Shown here one piece after another: positions 1-8,358 of a stretch of 29,267 nucleotides of DNA. Under the pieces are notes generated by a model that searched no databases, was not told where the DNA came from, and saw only the letters and a program-made list of their open reading frames with translations. The stretch spans positions 1-29,267 of IMG/VR virus record IMGVR_UViG_3300005805_008062; one strand, written 5' to 3'. Within the stretch, counting starts at the first letter, position 1, and every line of letters begins with the position of its first letter. The DNA comes from a virus (taxonomy: Duplodnaviria > Caudoviricetes). The position numbers were made by a program, and so were the translations under genes.

Positions 1-140
1 GGATCTCTTGTGTTAACAATGTCTACTTGATGACCTAAATCAATTAAATTTTTTCTATAGTCGTCTATTAAGATCTCGACTGCGCCCCAACCTTTTGGTG
101 GTATGGGCATTGTTCCAGGACCTACTATGCAAATTTTCAT
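1..140 (-). CDS. Glycosyltransferase, GT4-like N-terminus (partial, runs off the left edge)
   Basis: Not in the ORF track. Manual translation from ATG at 140 gives MKICIVGPGTMPIPPKGWGAVEILIDDYRKNLIDLGHQVDIVNTRD, a typical GT4 start (MKI...PP..wGavE...L...GH.V). Confidence 0.8.
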   Translation of the reverse strand, partial: MKICIVGPGTMPIPPKGWGAVEILIDDYRKNLIDLGHQVDIVNTRD

Positions 141-310
141 ATGCTTTTTTCTTTACTAAATAGATAGTTTTCTATTAGAACATAGTCTAATTCTGTTTCG
201 TCAAGAACTTTAAGTGCATCTTCTATGGTAGTTAATATTGGCTGTCCTTTTATGTTGAATGAAGTATTTAACAAAACTTTAGTATGCGCTTTAGATACAT
301 AACAAATTAT
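137..310 (-). pseudogene. C-terminal remnant of a NodU/CmcH-family carbamoyltransferase
   Basis: Manual translation ...HTKVLLNTSFNIKGQPILTTIEDALKVLDETELDYVLIENYLFSKEKSI*. LLNTSFN.xG.PI..T.EDA is the carbamoyltransferase C-terminal motif. In-frame TAA at 313-311 and no ATG/GTG ahead of the motif; the stop overlaps the next gene as ATGA. Confidence 0.75.
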
Positions 311-437
311 TTACAAAAGTCTTAAATAAAGAACTACGCTGTATTTATTAACATTATTCTTAAAAATTGAGTATATATTTTTCCCATACTCTCAGCTTTT
401 AAAAAAAATCCAATTTTCCAGCGCAATTCTAAAAATT

Positions 438-1262
438 TTACTGCGTTTCGGCAATATCTTGTAAATAAGACAACATATTACCTGAGTATTTCATACGACC
501 AATATGCACCATATTAATATTTGGATCAACCCAAACTTTGCCGCCAATATCTTGCCAATATCTACAAAACCCATAGTCTTCAGATAAAAATCTATTTCTA
601 TGGGGGTCAATGTATGAATTAAAAAATGCGTAGGTATATTGCTTTTCTTTCTCTGTTAAAGAGCCGGTATCATCATCATATTTAAGATTTGGATATTCTT
701 TCATCATTTTCTCAAAGCATGTTCTTTTAATTAACATAAACCCAGTCCCCGCATCAAAAATTTCTATTGCGCCATTATCAACTTTCAAAGTTACTTGATC
801 TTGGCTTTTTACTGGATTAACAACAAACCTTAAACTTTTTGACATTAATTCGTCATAGCGGATATCTTTGACAACAGCATCATGCTTTACCTTTTTCCAA
901 TTAATTTCTTTAATTGGGTAAGAACCAGTTATAATTTCTTTATCGTGCCATAACAATTTAATAACATCTTCTGGTTGAAAACCAATATCTGCATCAATAA
1001 ACATCATATGGGTAAATTCAGAATTGGCCAAAAACTTAGCCGCAATGTTGTTTCTAGCCCTAGAAATTAAACTATCAGTTATCGTTGAAATAGCAAATTT
1101 AATTCCACGATCTCGGCAATACATTGTCATTTTAATTATTGACATAAATGTTGCTTCGCTTATTTGTTGATCATAACAAGGAATAGCGAACATTATATAC
1201 CATGATTCAATCTGTTCTTTTTCTATAGTTATATTTGTTGATTCTACATCTAATTTTGCCAT
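438..1262 (-). CDS. GT-A fold (GT2-like) glycosyltransferase
   Basis: Motifs ISRARN, FIDADI (DxD), GTGFMLIKR, LSEDYGFCRYW, VWVDP. Start moved from 1277 to 1262 because TATACT sits 6 nt upstream of that ATG. Confidence 0.7.
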   Translation of the reverse strand: MAKLDVESTNITIEKEQIESWYIMFAIPCYDQQISEATFMSIIKMTMYCRDRGIKFAISTITDSLISRARNNIAAKFLANSEFTHMMFIDADIGFQPEDVIKLLWHDKEIITGSYPIKEINWKKVKHDAVVKDIRYDELMSKSLRFVVNPVKSQDQVTLKVDNGAIEIFDAGTGFMLIKRTCFEKMMKEYPNLKYDDDTGSLTEKEKQYTYAFFNSYIDPHRNRFLSEDYGFCRYWQDIGGKVWVDPNINMVHIGRMKYSGNMLSYLQDIAETQ

Positions 1263-1276
1263 ATACTTAGTATACA
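1262..1276 (-). promoter_or_regulatory. Putative -10 box for a leaderless transcript
   Basis: Minus strand TATACT(1274-1269)-AAGTAT-ATG(1262); no SD. Confidence 0.5.
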
Positions 1277-1357
1277 TTCCTTTCGGGGTAAAACCCGTTT
1301 TTTATAATAAATTTTGTTTGCATTATCCGCCGGTTCCAACTTACTAATTATGAGCTT

Positions 1358-3097
1358 TTATAGGTTTTCTAATGTGAAATCAAAGTTTTCACCAGATTGT
1401 TTTTTAGCCGAATAAGTCGGAGAAAATTTTCCGGTATTACCATCATACAAAGATACCGTGCCAAAATCTTCCAAATCATCATATTTTTCTGAATCAATAT
1501 CAAAATTTAATATCTCTAGATCTATTTCATTATCTACCATAATGTTTGAGGCGGCAGCAAATACTGAGCCGGCCAAAGCATCAGCCATATCTTTAGAACC
1601 ACTATTTGGGTGATCAATTCTATTATTAGAAAATAATCTCAATTTCAACAATTCATCTTCAACCAAATGGTCATCCCAATAACCTCGCAATCTAGTATCG
1701 TATATTGCGGTCATTAAAGTATCATAATCTGTTTTCTTTACGCTATGAAAATCAGCGTTTACTCCTAATGCTCTAAGGCTTTGAATCATTTCAACAGATT
1801 GCCATCTATCAAAAGTAACTAAGCCGACATCAAATCTCCTGCACAAATCAATAATCATTTGCCTTACTGAAGCAAAATTAATTTCTTCACCAGGCTCTGC
1901 TTGCCAAGAATAAATTAAATCAACATTTATTACCGGCAATTTCTCAACGCCCATAGATGTTTTAATTTCTGTTATACCAGAACAATGCGTCATGCATAAA
2001 GCTGATCTATCTCTTTTTAATCCCAAGTCAACATGGATAAATCTTCTATGACTATCTGAATTATTAAACCATGGATGAAAACGCCCTTCTTCATCCAAAG
2101 GATTGTCTGCATAATTAAAAGCTTTTCTAACTAAATTTTCATCTCTAAAATAAGCATCTTCCATACTTGGCGGCTCACACTCAAATCTTGCTTTTGCTTC
2201 AATCGGATTCCTAATGTATTCTGATTCTAATTGCTCTCTTTTAATCGTAGGATTAACTTCCCAAGTGGCAGCTTTAATTGTCCAAGTTTTTGGCTCTTTC
2301 TTTTCTCTAGAGTTATAATATCTTTGCTGAATAAAATCACCTTTATATCTAGGAAACGACAAAAGAATAACTTTGCCTACTTCCGGGAAACGAGACATCA
2401 CCGATAATTTACTCATATTATAAATTGCAGATGCAGAACCTTTTGCTCTAGTATCACCTTTCAATTCAGAATCGGTTTTAAATGCAGCAATTTCGTCTAA
2501 AACAATTGTTAATACTTCATAACCTTCCCAACCTTCACTTTCCGAGTGACCGGAGAATAATCTTACTGGCCGGGAAAAGAAAAATATTTCTGATACTCTT
2601 GGTTCAAAACCAACACTATTAAAGTAAGGAGAGCTTAATAATAAATTTTTTAATGGTTCAAAAAATACTCTTTGAGCTTGCTGCGCGTTTACAGCCAAAT
2701 TTAATAAATCTATATAAACACCATGAGCCTTTCCGTAATAACCTAAAGGATCTCTCAAACAATGTAGTAAATATGACGCATAAGCGATAGATATTCTGCT
2801 ACAATGGTCTTTCCCGCTACCCTTACCGAGCATACAAATGACTTCATTATCAGTATAATTATTATAATATTCAGTTCCTTTTTCTTCACCCATTAATTTT
2901 ATTAAAGTAGGCTTCCGAAAGATTTGAGTACTATGTCTAACAATTTCAGTTTGAATTTCAGAAAGGTCTGGCAGCCCAAGATATTTTTTATCTTTAACAA
3001 AAACTTCAATAGAAACTGGTTCTTCAACAAGTTCATCTTGTTTCAAAAGTCTATCAAAATCTTCAAACTCAAGATTAACGCCAAGATAATCAGACAT
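1358..3097 (-). CDS. terL: Terminase large subunit
   Basis: Walker A-like GKGSGKD, Walker B IVLDE, coupling motif LLSFP, RNase H-like nuclease residues HVDLG, FDRWQ, DHP..GSKDMADA; 579 aa with no intein-sized insert. Confidence 0.92.
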   Translation of the reverse strand: MSDYLGVNLEFEDFDRLLKQDELVEEPVSIEVFVKDKKYLGLPDLSEIQTEIVRHSTQIFRKPTLIKLMGEEKGTEYYNNYTDNEVICMLGKGSGKDHCSRISIAYASYLLHCLRDPLGYYGKAHGVYIDLLNLAVNAQQAQRVFFEPLKNLLLSSPYFNSVGFEPRVSEIFFFSRPVRLFSGHSESEGWEGYEVLTIVLDEIAAFKTDSELKGDTRAKGSASAIYNMSKLSVMSRFPEVGKVILLSFPRYKGDFIQQRYYNSREKKEPKTWTIKAATWEVNPTIKREQLESEYIRNPIEAKARFECEPPSMEDAYFRDENLVRKAFNYADNPLDEEGRFHPWFNNSDSHRRFIHVDLGLKRDRSALCMTHCSGITEIKTSMGVEKLPVINVDLIYSWQAEPGEEINFASVRQMIIDLCRRFDVGLVTFDRWQSVEMIQSLRALGVNADFHSVKKTDYDTLMTAIYDTRLRGYWDDHLVEDELLKLRLFSNNRIDHPNSGSKDMADALAGSVFAAASNIMVDNEIDLEILNFDIDSEKYDDLEDFGTVSLYDGNTGKFSPTYSAKKQSGENFDFTLENL

Positions 3098-3282
3098 TAT
3101 AATAATTCCAGATTGTTACCAATAGGCAAAAATAGTGGTCTCAAATTCTGGTTAGCGCCAGTAATGGGGGAAAGTAGTGGTCTCAAATTCTGGCCATTGG
3201 ATGTAATGGGGGAAAAGGGTGGTCTCAAATTCTGAGCTTTTATTTTAATGACGAAAACACCCTGTCTCAAATTATGAGGCAT
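3097..3282 (-). CDS. Putative 61-aa repeat peptide (14-aa period, NLRP/NLRQ core)
   Basis: GGAGG (3293-3289) lies 6 nt before ATG 3282; its TAA overlaps the terL ATG (TAATG); it reads through the 42-bp repeats without a stop. Confidence 0.45.
   Translation of the reverse strand: MPHNLRQGVFVIKIKAQNLRPPFSPITSNGQNLRPLLSPITGANQNLRPLFLPIGNNLELL
3109..3276. repeat. Four-unit tandem repeat with 42-bp period and conserved GTCTCAAATT core
   Basis: GTCTCAAATT starts at 3138, 3180, 3222 and 3264. Units 1-3 share GTGGTCTCAAATTCTG; units 2-3 also share GTAATGGGGGAAA. Confidence 0.95.
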
Positions 3283-3856
3283 TTTCTTCCTCCGCATCTA
3301 TAACAACAGTTTCTTTACCCATAATCTGGAAAGCAATCTCCAGTTCTTTTCTTACTTCTTCAGCAATTGACGGATGCTTGGATATAACATCACGCAAAAT
3401 TTTTGAAAGTATTTGGTTGACATTTTCGGCTTTTTGCATTCGCTGAATGTATTCAGTATCGGCCTGATTGCCACCACCCATAAGCTTATGCAATTGAGCT
3501 TTCTTGGTTGCAATTTCGCCGGCTAATTTAATCGCCTGTATTCTTGCAGCAACCATCCCGTGATCGGTTGCAATGTTTATTGTCTCCCAAGCTTCTTTGC
3601 TTAATTCATCAAACTCCTGAAGCGCTTTAAGTGTGTTGAACTGTACTCTTTCAAGAAAGTATGGATCTTCTTCTGCACTTCTGTTTAAAAATAATTTATA
3701 TTCCTCAATATATTCCTTAACTTCACCAGGGCTTAAAGTCATTAATGTTGCTATTTCGCTTTTTGAATAGCCTTTTACATAAAGTAGCCCAACTTCTTCT
3801 ATGTCCTTAATTTTTTCTACAAATGTTTTTGTTTTAGTAATTTCAGAATTTGTCAT
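3272..3856 (-). CDS. Probable terminase small subunit (N-terminal HTH, helical body)
   Basis: HTH-like LLYVKGYSKSEIATLMTLSPGEVKEYI, 194 aa, directly upstream of terL. Confidence 0.6.
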   Translation of the reverse strand: MTNSEITKTKTFVEKIKDIEEVGLLYVKGYSKSEIATLMTLSPGEVKEYIEEYKLFLNRSAEEDPYFLERVQFNTLKALQEFDELSKEAWETINIATDHGMVAARIQAIKLAGEIATKKAQLHKLMGGGNQADTEYIQRMQKAENVNQILSKILRDVISKHPSIAEEVRKELEIAFQIMGKETVVIDAEEENAS

Positions 3857-3867
3857 AAATACCGATC

Positions 3868-4632
3868 CTATTCTTCGTTTTCATATTGCCTAAACGCAAT
3901 TTCTCCGCCGGCTTCTGACGCTTCTTTCGTTAAATTTTCTAATGTCATGCCGTGTTCCTTGACATAATGAACTCTGTAATTAAACCAACCCTGAACGGCC
4001 TTCCACATTTTGTCATCAGTTGTTTCCTGAAGCTTCATCATTTCATCAACAGTAAGCAGAAAGCTTAAAACACCTAGCGGCATATACACAACAGTGTCAA
4101 ATGTTTTATCTTTATTTTTAGCAAACTTTTTTAATAAATTTTGAAATTGGATTACCAAATCTTTGATAGGTTGCCCAGTGTAAAAATCAATATTGCCATA
4201 AGCGTTTCTTTCCCGAGGACAATACTCATCAACACCAGTAATTGTGCCAAAAGAACGACATACCAGAGGTCTGTAGCCATATATAGTGCAGCCACCTTTA
4301 TAAAAGGCACAGTGTCGTTTTGTTTCCCCACCCCATGTCCAATCAGGATCGTTGAGAGCCTCTATGAGCGATTCTTTAACCGAATTAAACCATTTGTTAG
4401 CTTCATTTTCGCCTTTATTTTCAAGAATCAAATAATATTCTTTGTTTAAATTATAAGCAATATTCGCACACTCCATCATCGGCAAAATCAAACCTATGGT
4501 GCAGCATTTGCCGGACCCTAAACATTTAAATTTAGTTTGATTTTGTTTTGCTTCTAGAACCCTAACTTGATTATAAACCATATCAAGTTCAGTAAATAGA
4601 TGTATATCACTAAGCGATACCGATTTTCTCAT
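3868..4632 (-). CDS. YkgJ / CxxCxxCC-family cysteine-cluster (Fe-S or Zn) protein
   Basis: CLGSGKCC followed by CAFY..GCTIYGYRPLVCRSFG, matching the family pattern C.F....C.IY..RP..CR.F. Confidence 0.8.
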   Translation of the reverse strand: MRKSVSLSDIHLFTELDMVYNQVRVLEAKQNQTKFKCLGSGKCCTIGLILPMMECANIAYNLNKEYYLILENKGENEANKWFNSVKESLIEALNDPDWTWGGETKRHCAFYKGGCTIYGYRPLVCRSFGTITGVDEYCPRERNAYGNIDFYTGQPIKDLVIQFQNLLKKFAKNKDKTFDTVVYMPLGVLSFLLTVDEMMKLQETTDDKMWKAVQGWFNYRVHYVKEHGMTLENLTKEASEAGGEIAFRQYENEE

Positions 4633-4931
4633 TTTTTCCCCATACTTTTCTTTCTAGCCATGTTCATCCTTCTCTGCTCTCTTCTTCTAGCTTCAACTAA
4701 TTTTTGCATTGGCGATTCAGGTTTTCTAGATGCAGTTCCTTTGTTGAGATTGCGACCTTTGCCCCTAAATTTCAGCAAATCATATTTTTTACACCAGTTA
4801 TAAAGAGCTTGCGGGGTGATCGTAATGTTATATGTTTGGCTTAAAAGTTTAACAATATCTGTTAAATTCATACGCTTTTTCACATAATGCTCGTAAAGCC
4901 AAGTTTTATCTTTATAAGGGTCTAAAGTCAT
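4629..4931 (-). CDS. HTH DNA-binding protein
   Basis: YKDKTWLYEHYVKKRMNLTDI...ITPQALYNWCKKY HTH pattern with a basic tail; 4-nt overlaps with both neighbours. Confidence 0.65.
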   Translation of the reverse strand: MTLDPYKDKTWLYEHYVKKRMNLTDIVKLLSQTYNITITPQALYNWCKKYDLLKFRGKGRNLNKGTASRKPESPMQKLVEARRREQRRMNMARKKSMGKK

Positions 4932-5500
4932 TTTTTACCTACCATTAAATAATACCATAGTGCAATACCGATTGCGTCTACTATATCATCATCATTAATA
5001 TTATCAACTAAAAAATATTTTGAAACTATTTTGTTTACGCGATCTTTTCTTTCTTTTTTCTTTTTTGATTCAAAAGAACCTTTACTTTTGTCATTCTTTA
5101 ATCTCTCTTTATCGTGCTTAGAGAGATTAGTGTACCCAATGCCCCTTTTCCAAAGCATAGGGTTAATATCCATAACTTTATGGCAGTGTCTGGACAACAC
5201 GCCCCATGTGTAGCCTATTATATAAGATATAATCCTGCTTGTTTGAAAATTCTGTATATACACTGATTGCTCAATTACAGCGACAGACGGCTTGTATTTA
5301 GAGCAAACATCCGTCAACCCGGAGAATATCTGATCAAATTTAATAGAAATATCAAGAGTTTTAGTTAATGATATCTTGCCATACGCAATTAATTCAGGTT
5401 TACTGATATCAATTACCGCCCAGCCCAAAGAATGAGATGACGGATCTACTGCAATTATCCTTTGCGGATTTTGCGATAAAGAAATATTTTTCAAACTCAT
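4928..5500 (-). CDS. ruvC: RuvC-like Holliday junction resolvase
   Basis: IIAVDPSSHSLGWA, VIEQ and DDIVDAIGIA carry the RuvC acidic catalytic residues. Confidence 0.85.
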   Translation of the reverse strand: MSLKNISLSQNPQRIIAVDPSSHSLGWAVIDISKPELIAYGKISLTKTLDISIKFDQIFSGLTDVCSKYKPSVAVIEQSVYIQNFQTSRIISYIIGYTWGVLSRHCHKVMDINPMLWKRGIGYTNLSKHDKERLKNDKSKGSFESKKKKERKDRVNKIVSKYFLVDNINDDDIVDAIGIALWYYLMVGKK

Positions 5501-5808
5501 TGGTTAAGCTCTTCATTAAGTTTGTCTTCATCCCAACCCCAGCCGGCCAATCGTTTAACAAATCTTTTTTGTTTATGAAGTTCACAAATATTTTCTTTAT
5601 TATAAGAAGATAAAATTGTAGTGCAATTTTTTATTGAACAAATTCGTTTTTTATTCTTACTTTTCTTTTTATCATGGTAAGCAGCCAATAATCTATCATT
5701 AGTTACTAAACGCCGACATTCTGAAGAGCAATATACACTATTATAAACTTTTGCAACAAATTTTTTAGAACATTTCGTATTCTTGCAAATTCTCTTTTCC
5801 GTTGTCAT
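5497..5808 (-). CDS. Cys-rich zinc-finger-like hypothetical protein
   Basis: CKNTKC..YCSSEC and CSIKNC..CELH; likely start is the ATG at 5808 (MTTEK). Confidence 0.6.
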   Translation of the reverse strand: MTTEKRICKNTKCSKKFVAKVYNSVYCSSECRRLVTNDRLLAAYHDKKKSKNKKRICSIKNCTTILSSYNKENICELHKQKRFVKRLAGWGWDEDKLNEELNQ

Positions 5809-6544
5809 TTTCACCAGACCAGCAAAGAGAGCGCACATTACAAGATTGACAATGCTTGGATGTTATCTTGTAAGGTCTCTCGGGGATAATTTGTTGGACA
5901 AAACTGCCATAAATTTCCCTATATTTCTTAAATAACTTATCTATAAAAACTTGATCTTTTTCAATATATATTGGCAATAACTCTTGATTGTTTTTATTTT
6001 CATAAATAACAAAACCGCTATCAAGATTTAAACATTCCATATAAATTTGAGCTTGCCTATAGTGCTCATCTTTTGGTTTTTTATAAATCTGTCTATAGTG
6101 AAAACCTTCTGAACTAATAGATTTTAATTCAATTAATTTTTCACCATACCAATTAATTATACCATCGGCAGTTCCCTCAATGGGTGGGGAGGAATAATTT
6201 ACAGGTATTTCCTCATTAACCAATATACCCATTTCCCTAAAATATTTATAAAGCCTATCATGCACAGCATGACCGTTATCAAAAATTCTGTATGTTTGAG
6301 GTCTAAAATCAACATCAGTATTAACACCTTCAAACATATAATACCAATATCTCTTACATTGGTTTGTATAGCTTGGGTGAAAGCCGTTTACTTTTTTAAA
6401 AGACACTTCGTTTCTTTTAGAAAGATGATCATCAACTGCCTGGACCAAGGATATTTCTAGATCGCTCCCAGAAATATTGCTTTCCGGTTCAATCTTTTCA
6501 ACAACTTTTTCTTTCTTTTCTCTTAACGCTTTTAATGATTTCAT
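5765..6544 (-). CDS. Cas4-like PD-(D/E)XK exonuclease
   Basis: PS...QC.R, GHAVH, GTADG, IELKS, QAQIY and C-terminal CQSC.....C (four-Cys Fe-S staple). Confidence 0.88.
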   Translation of the reverse strand: MKSLKALREKKEKVVEKIEPESNISGSDLEISLVQAVDDHLSKRNEVSFKKVNGFHPSYTNQCKRYWYYMFEGVNTDVDFRPQTYRIFDNGHAVHDRLYKYFREMGILVNEEIPVNYSSPPIEGTADGIINWYGEKLIELKSISSEGFHYRQIYKKPKDEHYRQAQIYMECLNLDSGFVIYENKNNQELLPIYIEKDQVFIDKLFKKYREIYGSFVQQIIPERPYKITSKHCQSCNVRSLCWSGENDNGKENLQEYEMF

Positions 6545-6864
6545 TGACTATAACCGCCCTTTCCAGCGAGTTTTAATGCATTTATATTCTCTGCCAATGC
6601 TTCATACATGGTTTTCCATATATCATTAACAAACTTGTCTTGATCGCCCATAACGGCTGATTTTCTTTTAAAAATTTGCGATTTTACAATCATCAATGTT
6701 CTGTATGCAGCTAATGTGTTTGCAGCCTTAATTGCCTGCATGCCCAGATATTGGTCCGGGTTATTGATTATGTCTTCTACAATCCGCAAGCATTCTAAGA
6801 ACTCTTCTGCTTTATCACCCATCATGGATGTGATTATCTCTTTATTTACAATAATATCTGCCAT
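6541..6864 (-). CDS. Hypothetical helical protein
   Basis: 107-aa ORF coupled to both neighbours (TAATG and ATGA overlaps). Confidence 0.7.
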   Translation of the reverse strand: MADIIVNKEIITSMMGDKAEEFLECLRIVEDIINNPDQYLGMQAIKAANTLAAYRTLMIVKSQIFKRKSAVMGDQDKFVNDIWKTMYEALAENINALKLAGKGGYSQ

Positions 6865-7049
6865 TACAAATCCTTTCTTAAATCTTCTGTCTTGACAACT
6901 GCTTGTTTAATACAGGGCTTTTGAATTCCAATAAGATATTTATAAACATAAATACCAAAATAATATCCATCATCCCAATTATAACTAACACCAAAAGCTC
7001 TCCAGTGAGATAGTTTATCACAAAAAAAACGATATTTCCCTTTAAACAT
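6864..7049 (-). CDS. Small aromatic-rich hypothetical protein
   Basis: ATG 7049 (MFKGKYRFF) overlaps the methyltransferase end; its stop overlaps the next ATG. Confidence 0.55.
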   Translation of the reverse strand: MFKGKYRFFCDKLSHWRAFGVSYNWDDGYYFGIYVYKYLIGIQKPCIKQAVVKTEDLRKDL

Positions 7050-8358
7050 TTTTAATTGCCTTTCCAACCCATTTAGCAACTGGTGATGCAACAGCATTCC
7101 CGCACATTTTATATCTATTTGTGTCGGCAATAATTTTTCCTTCATCATCATATTTTGTATGATTATCAGGGAACCCCATAAGTCTTTCGCATTCCAATGG
7201 AGTTAGTTTTCTAAGCACCAACTCTGGAGTCATAACTCCATGCTGAGAAATTGTATCAAGAGTGTAAGATGGATCATTTTCATCACCAAACCCTTTTCCC
7301 TGAGGGCCGGCAGTATCTGAGCGACCAATAATAGTTCCCTGTATCGGGATTGCAATATGATCTGCCGAATCTATTCCTAATCGCAATGTTCTGTATATAT
7401 TTTCAGAAATTGCATTATTATACCCATCATAAGCAAGAACCGGCTGTTCTAATCCAACCAACGGAACCTGACCACCGCCAGTCCCCATTCTGTGCTTTAA
7501 TGTTGGAACAATTTGATCTTCATAAATGCGAATATCGTCAACTCTTGTGCCATCAACAATAATTGGATTATTATAAGCAATATGCGGAAAATTATCACCA
7601 TTGTGATGCTCTGCTCTTAATGTCGGAACAATATCTTCAGAAACACCCGAGCCTTGGCGAACCATTGTGCCAGGCTGAAATACTGTTACTCCTCTTTCAC
7701 CATTGATGCCAGGTTCACTAAAGCCTGTCTCAATCTTTCCGGCAGCCTGTTTCCTTTTCTTTCTGCTCTGTTTAATATCCCCTTTGCTGTCTTTGGGGAC
7801 AGATAATATTTGCTCGGGACATCTTGCAACGGTTCCAGGATCGTAGCAAGCAAGCACGAAGACACGCCTTCTGCGCTGGGCGACTCCGAACCATTGTGCA
7901 TCCAAGATGTGCCATTCAATCGCCAATGCCCCGATGTTTGCCATTTCGTCAATGACCCTTGCGAAGTCGTTTCCTTTATTGCTACTGAGGGCACCTGGGA
8001 CATTTTCCCAGATTGTCCATTTTGGAAATTCATTTTTAGTTGCATCTCTCATCTCCTTGATAACTCTAATTGCTTCGTGAAATAACCCTGATCTTGAACC
8101 TTCTAAACCTCCACCTTTACCTGCGATTGATAAATCTTGGCATGGGCTGCCAAACACAATACAGTCAACTGGAGTTAGTTTAGAACCATCAACATCTCTA
8201 ATATCAAAATACTTAGGAACAGTCGGCCAATGCTTTCGCAATACGGATTGACAATGTTTATCCCATTCTACTTGCCATTCGCAATTCCAACCGGCACTCT
8301 CCATGCCTAAATCAAAACCGCCAACACCCGCAAAAAGTGAACCAAATGTATTACTCAT
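7042..8358 (-). CDS. dcm: DNA (cytosine-5)-methyltransferase
   Basis: Motif I SLFAGVGG, IV GSPCQDLS, VI ENVPG, VIII QRRRRVF, IX LTPLECERLMGFP, X YKMCGNAV. Confidence 0.95.
   Translation of the reverse strand: MSNTFGSLFAGVGGFDLGMESAGWNCEWQVEWDKHCQSVLRKHWPTVPKYFDIRDVDGSKLTPVDCIVFGSPCQDLSIAGKGGGLEGSRSGLFHEAIRVIKEMRDATKNEFPKWTIWENVPGALSSNKGNDFARVIDEMANIGALAIEWHILDAQWFGVAQRRRRVFVLACYDPGTVARCPEQILSVPKDSKGDIKQSRKKRKQAAGKIETGFSEPGINGERGVTVFQPGTMVRQGSGVSEDIVPTLRAEHHNGDNFPHIAYNNPIIVDGTRVDDIRIYEDQIVPTLKHRMGTGGGQVPLVGLEQPVLAYDGYNNAISENIYRTLRLGIDSADHIAIPIQGTIIGRSDTAGPQGKGFGDENDPSYTLDTISQHGVMTPELVLRKLTPLECERLMGFPDNHTKYDDEGKIIADTNRYKMCGNAVASPVAKWVGKAIKNV
7686..8045 (-). CDS. Nested +1-frame gene: putative second (beta-like) methyltransferase polypeptide
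   Basis: AAGGAG (8058-8053) lies 7 nt before ATG 8045. The product has LATILE...VPSKYYLSPKTAKGILNRAERKG, resembling the L.dILE...KYYLS segment that follows motif VIII in many C5-MTases and is absent from the main frame. Confidence 0.75.
   Translation of the reverse strand: MQLKMNFQNGQSGKMSQVPSVAIKETTSQGSLTKWQTSGHWRLNGTSWMHNGSESPSAEGVSSCLLATILEPLQDVPSKYYLSPKTAKGILNRAERKGNRLPERLRQALVNLASMVKEE

Noticed and set aside
1284-1303. CGGGGTAAAACCCG plus T-run as a terminator
   Set aside because: The stem is only about 4 bp and the T-tract is on the non-transcribed plus orientation.
2924-3235. Plus-strand 103-aa ORF with GLKFW repeats
   Set aside because: It is antisense to terL and the array, stays open largely because 42 is a multiple of 3, has a TTG start and no SD, and all real genes here are on the minus strand.
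3109-3276. Mini-CRISPR array reading of the 42-bp repeats (Cas4-like gene about 2.5 kb away)
   Set aside because: The fully variable part is only about 10-12 bp between the best copies, the units are degenerate and non-palindromic, there is no leader or cas1/cas2, and solo Cas4-like nucleases are common in phages.
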